Positions 15,755 through 20,000 of a stretch of DNA of 20,000 bases are shown here, piece by piece; the first letter of the stretch is position 1; each line of letters opens with the position of its first letter. The stretch is taken from the IMG/VR virus record IMGVR_UViG_3300031182_000006. One strand, written 5' to 3'. The notes beneath the pieces were generated by a model, which worked only from the letters and a program-made list of their open reading frames with translations, made no database searches and was not told the origin of the DNA. A program made the position numbers and the translations under genes. The DNA is from an uncultured virus (IMG/VR IMGVR_UViG_3300031182_000006) (Duplodnaviria > Heunggongvirae > Uroviricota > Caudoviricetes).

Positions 15755-16465
15755 TTATTTTAGTATTTTTTGGATTTCCGCGAAAATATCTTCTGAGATG
15801 TCTTCTCTAGTTCTCATATTTCCATCGGAATTTACGCAATTTATGGGAACCCATTTACAATATGGAACAATTTTTTTGTTGTTTTCATAGACCATTCGTA
15901 AATGGGTGTAATTTTCATGGATGTCGTAATTGTCGTTACCGTTATACCTTTGGCTTATATTTTTTAATGCCACTTCTGGAGTCACGTCCAAATAAAAGAC
16001 TACAGTTGGTTTTGGCAAACCTAGAGTACTATACTCAAAATCTTCGATCCAATCAACAAGTCTATATTTTTCTTCAACGTTTTCAATATTCGAGGTTTGG
16101 TGGAGGATATTAGACGTGGTATAACGATCACAAATTATGAAAGCCCCATTCATATAGTCTTCATAAAGAGTTGTTCCACTGGTACGTGTTTTGAAGAGCG
16201 TTGATACCCTATCTACTGCATAGAATGTACAGATTTGTTTCAAAAACGTCATTCTATCGATGATTTCTTTACTTCTACCGAAATTTCCATTGAGATAGCT
16301 TTTAACAAGGGCAGACGACGAGTCGTCGTAGTTAGGAAAGGAGACTAACGTGGAAATGACATTTGATTGTTGTAATTTACTCTGCAAAAGTTCCGATTGT
16401 GTTCTTTTAGATGCTCCGTCCATTCCTTCAATGACAACTAAAATTCCTTGGTTCACATTTCCCAT
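15755..16465 (-). CDS. tmk: Thymidylate (dTMP) kinase
   Basis: VIEGMDGASKRTQ P-loop, SFPNY, FYAVDR, ICDRYTTSN, LPKPTVVFYLDV, DIHE; ATG 16465 after GGGGG. Confidence 0.9.
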   Translation of the reverse strand: MGNVNQGILVVIEGMDGASKRTQSELLQSKLQQSNVISTLVSFPNYDDSSSALVKSYLNGNFGRSKEIIDRMTFLKQICTFYAVDRVSTLFKTRTSGTTLYEDYMNGAFIICDRYTTSNILHQTSNIENVEEKYRLVDWIEDFEYSTLGLPKPTVVFYLDVTPEVALKNISQRYNGNDNYDIHENYTHLRMVYENNKKIVPYCKWVPINCVNSDGNMRTREDISEDIFAEIQKILK

Positions 16466-16491
16466 TTTTCTAACCCCCAATAAATAGCATT

Positions 16492-16502
16492 TATTATTAG
16501 TT
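16492..16502 (-). promoter_or_regulatory. Motif AACTAATAATA (third promoter-like class)
   Basis: Lies between a terminator and the tmk start; same pattern at 16790-16800 and 17826-17836. Confidence 0.4.
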
Positions 16503-16514
16503 TATAGAGAAATA

Positions 16515-16553
16515 ACTTAGTAGAGGGGTAGAAAATCCACCCCTCTACCAAGT
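16515..16553 (-). terminator. Intrinsic terminator
   Basis: GTAGAGGGGT (16520-16529) / ACCCCTCTAC (16539-16548), extended by ACTT/AAGT. Confidence 0.75.
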
Positions 16554-16568
16554 CATCAATTAATCAAA

Positions 16569-16658
16569 TCATTTCAGCGACTTCAGGAATTCATTGAATT
16601 TTTCTTTGTTAGAGATGATACATTCAAGTTTGCGTATATCGATCTCCTTCTTTTTCAT
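16569..16658 (-). CDS. Possible 29-aa micropeptide MKKKEIDIRKLECIISNKEKFNEFLKSLK
   Basis: Lies between a promoter motif (16741-16749) with SD AAGGAGG (16672-16678) and a terminator; a competing 13-aa ORF 16624-16665 has better SD spacing. Confidence 0.4.
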   Translation of the reverse strand: MKKKEIDIRKLECIISNKEKFNEFLKSLK

Positions 16659-16740
16659 ATCCCATTTTATACCTCCTTTTCATTTTGAATATTTTCCGTT
16701 CTCTGTAGGATGAATATATTATTCATCTATATTCAGATTA

Positions 16741-16749
16741 ATAATATAT
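16741..16749 (-). promoter_or_regulatory. Early-type motif ATATATTAT
   Basis: Exact motif upstream of the micro-ORF unit. Confidence 0.5.
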
Positions 16750-16813
16750 GTTTATTATGATCGACTCTCCGCAAAATTCGTAAAATGCCTATAATTAGTT
16801 CATAGAAAAAAAA

Positions 16814-16844
16814 TAAGCGATGTCTGATTAAAAGACATCGCTTA
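16814..16844 (-). terminator. Intrinsic terminator
   Basis: 12-bp stem TAAGCGATGTCT / AGACATCGCTTA plus A8 tract. Confidence 0.85.
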
Positions 16845-16885
16845 ATCATTGCTTACATGCACCCATTATAAATTAAGTGCAAGCG

Positions 16886-17254
16886 TTAAAGTAATCTTCC
16901 TTCTTCTTGTATCCCTATTTCTTTTATCTCAATTTTATTATTTTCTTTAAGAGTTGAAATAATACCTTGGGCAATATGACCAACAGTTATTTTCGCCAAT
17001 TGCCCATCTCTGGTTTTACCCGGTAATGCAAATGAAATTCTAGTGAGATTTTTTACCTCTTTGTTATTAATTGCGGGCTCAAAATCGACTTCAACTCCAT
17101 AGTAGATCGAATTAAACCCCGGTGGAAGACCATTCTCTTCTTCAATACTCGGGGTTTTCATCTCAAGAGTTGCAGTAACATCTATGATTTGATTATTTTC
17201 CGTAATTAAGTAGAGTTTAAAAATACGCTTCCAAGATCCATTGTTATTTACCAT
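16886..17254 (-). CDS. Hypothetical protein
   Basis: SD GGGAGG 8 nt before ATG 17254 (track starts at 17275). Confidence 0.8.
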   Translation of the reverse strand: MVNNNGSWKRIFKLYLITENNQIIDVTATLEMKTPSIEEENGLPPGFNSIYYGVEVDFEPAINNKEVKNLTRISFALPGKTRDGQLAKITVGHIAQGIISTLKENNKIEIKEIGIQEEGRLL

Positions 17255-17271
17255 AGCTGAGTCCTCCCAAT

Positions 17272-17787
17272 TCATTCTTCATCGGTATTAATTATGATCT
17301 TTAACACTTTAGAAGCTGTGTTCATTGTCTCCTTAAAGAGCTCAGAAATACTTGTTCGCTTTCTAAGGAAATTTATAAGCTCGTGAAGCTTTATGCTCTT
17401 TTTGAGGTTTTTTACTTCTCTATTAGGGTGTAGTATCGAGTGAGCCTTTAGAAGAACCTTTTTCTCTTTTTTACCCATTGAGTAATACTTAATATAGTGC
17501 TCCAGATCACTCAATGTTGTTAAAATTCTTGCCCTTTCTTCTTCGATTGTGGAACTAACCACGAGCCATTCAGATTGAGTAAACACCTTATCGAGTTCAT
17601 CATCATGGATAAGGTATTCGTCCTCATAATTAATAGCAAACTTTTCAGCTTCTTTCCCTTTAACTTTGAAATAGGAATATTCATCAAGGGAAAGTTCATT
17701 TTGCAAAATATAATTAATGACAGATTCCTCGTCCTCAGATATTGCTATTACTTTAACATCATCCTTTACTAAAACCCATAACTTCAT
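17272..17787 (-). CDS. Hypothetical protein, distant member of paralogue family A
   Basis: 171 aa, SD AAGGAG; LWVLVKDDVKVIAIS...YSYFKV...VFTQSE...YIKYYSMGKKEKKVL. Confidence 0.8.
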   Translation of the reverse strand: MKLWVLVKDDVKVIAISEDEESVINYILQNELSLDEYSYFKVKGKEAEKFAINYEDEYLIHDDELDKVFTQSEWLVVSSTIEEERARILTTLSDLEHYIKYYSMGKKEKKVLLKAHSILHPNREVKNLKKSIKLHELINFLRKRTSISELFKETMNTASKVLKIIINTDEE

Positions 17788-17850
17788 TATATTAACAACT
17801 CCTTATTCATCTGCTTAAATATCTGTATACTTAGTTATCAAAAACAAAAA

Positions 17851-17882
17851 ATAAAGGGAATGGTAACAACCATTCCCTTTAT
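17851..17882. terminator. Intrinsic terminator
   Basis: 14-bp stem ATAAAGGGAATGGT / ACCATTCCCTTTAT. Confidence 0.85.
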
Positions 17883-18481
17883 TTATGAACATCGTTTATC
17901 TTTATTCCTGAATCTTTACTGGGAGGAAACCACCATTCTCCTTTTTTACATATATCTTTCGCATCAAATAGATAAACTGGTTGTTTCTGTTTTCTACTAT
18001 AGCACATAGTATTGTAAGTACCAGACCTTGATTTATTGAAATCCCAAAATGCTAATGTTAGATCACTATTATCTACCATATATTGATTTCTTTCTATAAA
18101 GAGTTTAGGATTAATTTGTTCATCACTTAATCTTATTACGGTAGTGGCAACTTTGTCTATGATGAATTTATATTGCGCTTTTTCCTCTCTGGTAAAAAAT
18201 CTATCCTGGTTTCTACCTGGAATAACACAATATAGATCAATTTCTCTGTTAGGATTTCTCTCACGATACTTATGAATAGCTATTCCAAAAAGTAAATCTA
18301 TTCCTGAACTCATTCCGATATAAACTTTTTTGATCTGAGAATTTTTTTCTAGAAATCTTACCATTACTGCGATCAATTGTTTGATAACGGTGCTGGAATA
18401 CACTTTGTCAGTATACCCAGCACCGAATAATTTTTCCGCTCTTAAGCCAGTAATACATAAGGCCAATTCATTGTTTACCAT
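17879..18481 (-). CDS. YspA/YpsA (DUF1273) SLOG-family protein
   Basis: CITGLR, IGMSSGIDL, CVIP..NQ, RNQYMVDNSD, SGTYNT motifs. Confidence 0.85.
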   Translation of the reverse strand: MVNNELALCITGLRAEKLFGAGYTDKVYSSTVIKQLIAVMVRFLEKNSQIKKVYIGMSSGIDLLFGIAIHKYRERNPNREIDLYCVIPGRNQDRFFTREEKAQYKFIIDKVATTVIRLSDEQINPKLFIERNQYMVDNSDLTLAFWDFNKSRSGTYNTMCYSRKQKQPVYLFDAKDICKKGEWWFPPSKDSGIKINDVHK

Positions 18482-18495
18482 GGGTATTCATCCAT

Positions 18496-19215
18496 TCAAT
18501 TCAAGTTATTTCCTTTTTTATTATCTTTTTTAAAGATGAGTATGTTAAGATCCTTTCCCATCAGTGGAATATCTTTCATAAAATCCTGATGAAATAGAAA
18601 GGGATTCTTCTTTTCATTGAAAAAGAAAGAGGATATATCAGCCTGTTCTTTTTCACCTTCATTTCCTGATTCATTTCCATCTTCACTGATAAGACGAATC
18701 CATTTAATTTTATCCCTAGAAACAATTCTTTCACGTACTTCGAGCACTTTATTTATCAGATTCATAATTACCTTTTTACTCATTTCAGCATCGCTATTAG
18801 CAGATACTTGGATATCAATATTTCTGAGTTCGTCGAAAAGATCATATAATGTACACAATACGGTTGCAAGTTCCTGAATTTGCGAGCGATAAATTTTAAG
18901 AATATTTTCCCGTACTTCTTGAAGAAGTTCATCGGCCGCTTCTTTGATATAATCACTTTCAGGTTTATTTAATTTTTCGTACCTGATACCAGTGAGAAGT
19001 TCACTCACCATGGACAGATTTCCTACGGCGAATCCATAGTTAAATGCCTCTACTGGATGCATTTCAGAAACATCTACGTTACCATGTTCGATTTCTTGGT
19101 TACTAATTTCATTAAAGAGTTCGGTTTTTAATTTAATAAGGTTGGCTCGGAGTTCATTATGAGAAAAATGATTAATAATATCACGTGCATTTTCAATATA
19201 CTTATTTCTATTCAT
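18496..19215 (-). CDS. Hypothetical helical protein
   Basis: 239 aa, SD AAGGGAG. Confidence 0.8.
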   Translation of the reverse strand: MNRNKYIENARDIINHFSHNELRANLIKLKTELFNEISNQEIEHGNVDVSEMHPVEAFNYGFAVGNLSMVSELLTGIRYEKLNKPESDYIKEAADELLQEVRENILKIYRSQIQELATVLCTLYDLFDELRNIDIQVSANSDAEMSKKVIMNLINKVLEVRERIVSRDKIKWIRLISEDGNESGNEGEKEQADISSFFFNEKKNPFLFHQDFMKDIPLMGKDLNILIFKKDNKKGNNLN

Positions 19216-19218
19216 GGT

Positions 19219-19452
19219 TTATTTCTCCCTTTCATCCAAATTAATCTTTTTAGATTCCACATGATAGATATAGAAACTGGTGCCTATAACGATAAGTGAA
19301 CCCAAAATAATGATCACGAAATTAACAATGATAGCATAAGGGTCTATTGTAGCAAATGCTTCAAAAATATTTCTACTCCCATTAAAAACAAGAAGTGCTC
19401 CTAAAAGATACCACATCAGAACCATAGTAGTATTATTTTTATTCATGTTCAT
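19219..19452 (-). CDS. Small two-TM membrane protein
   Basis: 77 aa, SD GGAGG; hydrophobic segments VLMWYLLGALLVF and AIIVNFVIIILGSLIVIG. Confidence 0.8.
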   Translation of the reverse strand: MNMNKNNTTMVLMWYLLGALLVFNGSRNIFEAFATIDPYAIIVNFVIIILGSLIVIGTSFYIYHVESKKINLDEREK

Positions 19453-19553
19453 TATCCTCCATTTATTGATTTTTATTAATTTTACTGTAAATTGATAATT
19501 AAATAGTAATTATTTCATATAAACCTCCGTCCTTTGTTAATATTTACCTTAAT

Positions 19554-19562
19554 ATGATATAT
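19554..19562 (-). promoter_or_regulatory. Early-type motif variant ATATATCAT
   Basis: Downstream of terminator 19577-19600, upstream of SD 19524-19528. Confidence 0.5.
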
Positions 19563-19576
19563 AAATTAAAAAAATA

Positions 19577-19600
19577 ACAGATATCCTTCGGGATATCTGT
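19577..19600 (-). terminator. Intrinsic terminator
   Basis: ACAGATATCC-ttcg-GGATATCTGT stem plus A tract. Confidence 0.85.
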
Positions 19601-19630
19601 CTAATTTCAGCAAAAATAAGTGAGTTTGTA

Positions 19631-19993
19631 TTATTTTATACGAAATGGAAGATCGACTATAATATTTATCAAAAGTGCGCGCAAATCTTCTAAGTCTTCA
19701 GACTCTAAATTTTCTCGGAGAATATAGATTTCATATTCGATTTGAGCCATAAAATCCTCATTTTCAGGAATTTCGATTTTACTTATATCCAGTATAGTTT
19801 TACGTCCTTTTCTTTCGAACCAGTCGATGAATAGATTTAGATCATCATTATTTTTTCTCTTAGCCTTATCAATAATTTCATCCAGATTTAATGAACTTTC
19901 GACGTCCAAATATTTGGCCAACGCTTGAGTATAGAGATAAAAAAGTTCATAGATGATTTTTGGTTTATTACCAAACAAGATGCTGATATTCAT
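19631..19993 (-). CDS. Hypothetical protein (may start beyond the window edge)
   Basis: 120 aa ORF; frame stays open to the window end. Confidence 0.75.
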   Translation of the reverse strand: MNISILFGNKPKIIYELFYLYTQALAKYLDVESSLNLDEIIDKAKRKNNDDLNLFIDWFERKGRKTILDISKIEIPENEDFMAQIEYEIYILRENLESEDLEDLRALLINIIVDLPFRIK

Positions 19994-20000
19994 TTCAAAT

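Noticed and set aside
1..20000. CRISPR array, transposase, integrase or intron
   Set aside because: No regularly spaced direct repeats, recombinase motifs or interrupted genes seen
1..20000. Stop-codon reassignment
   Set aside because: Genes tile densely with intact enzyme motifs under code 11, and TAA, TAG and TGA all end genes

Overview
This 20 kb window is AT-rich, gene-dense and almost entirely minus-strand, with Firmicute-type Shine-Dalgarno (SD) sites. It reads as a segment of a jumbo phage genome resembling the phiKZ/AR9(PBS1) group; this is inferred from gene content and promoter motifs, not from a database search. Recognisable products are RNase HI, a Nudix hydrolase, a stand-alone ADP-ribosyltransferase (Tpt1/KptA-like) fold, dTMP kinase, a YspA/DUF1273 SLOG protein, an HEXXH metallopeptidase, a kinase-like protein with a long acidic tail, a miniature PolB-like palm protein, two HNH-like paralogues and three families of unknown paralogues. 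Transcription units are bounded by strong hairpins and carry three recurring promoter-like motifs: ATATATTAT, AACA-N6-TA and AACTAAnnATA. The most unusual signal is a pair of GC-rich, structured, plus-strand intergenic elements (about 4099-4160 and 10181-10263) that look like small RNAs with their own promoter and terminator. The first carries an exact 11-nt complement to the SD region of a gene 3 kb away (1099-1109). The second is the reverse complement of a perfect SD+ATG. Together they suggest a phage-encoded set of RBS-blocking antisense RNAs.
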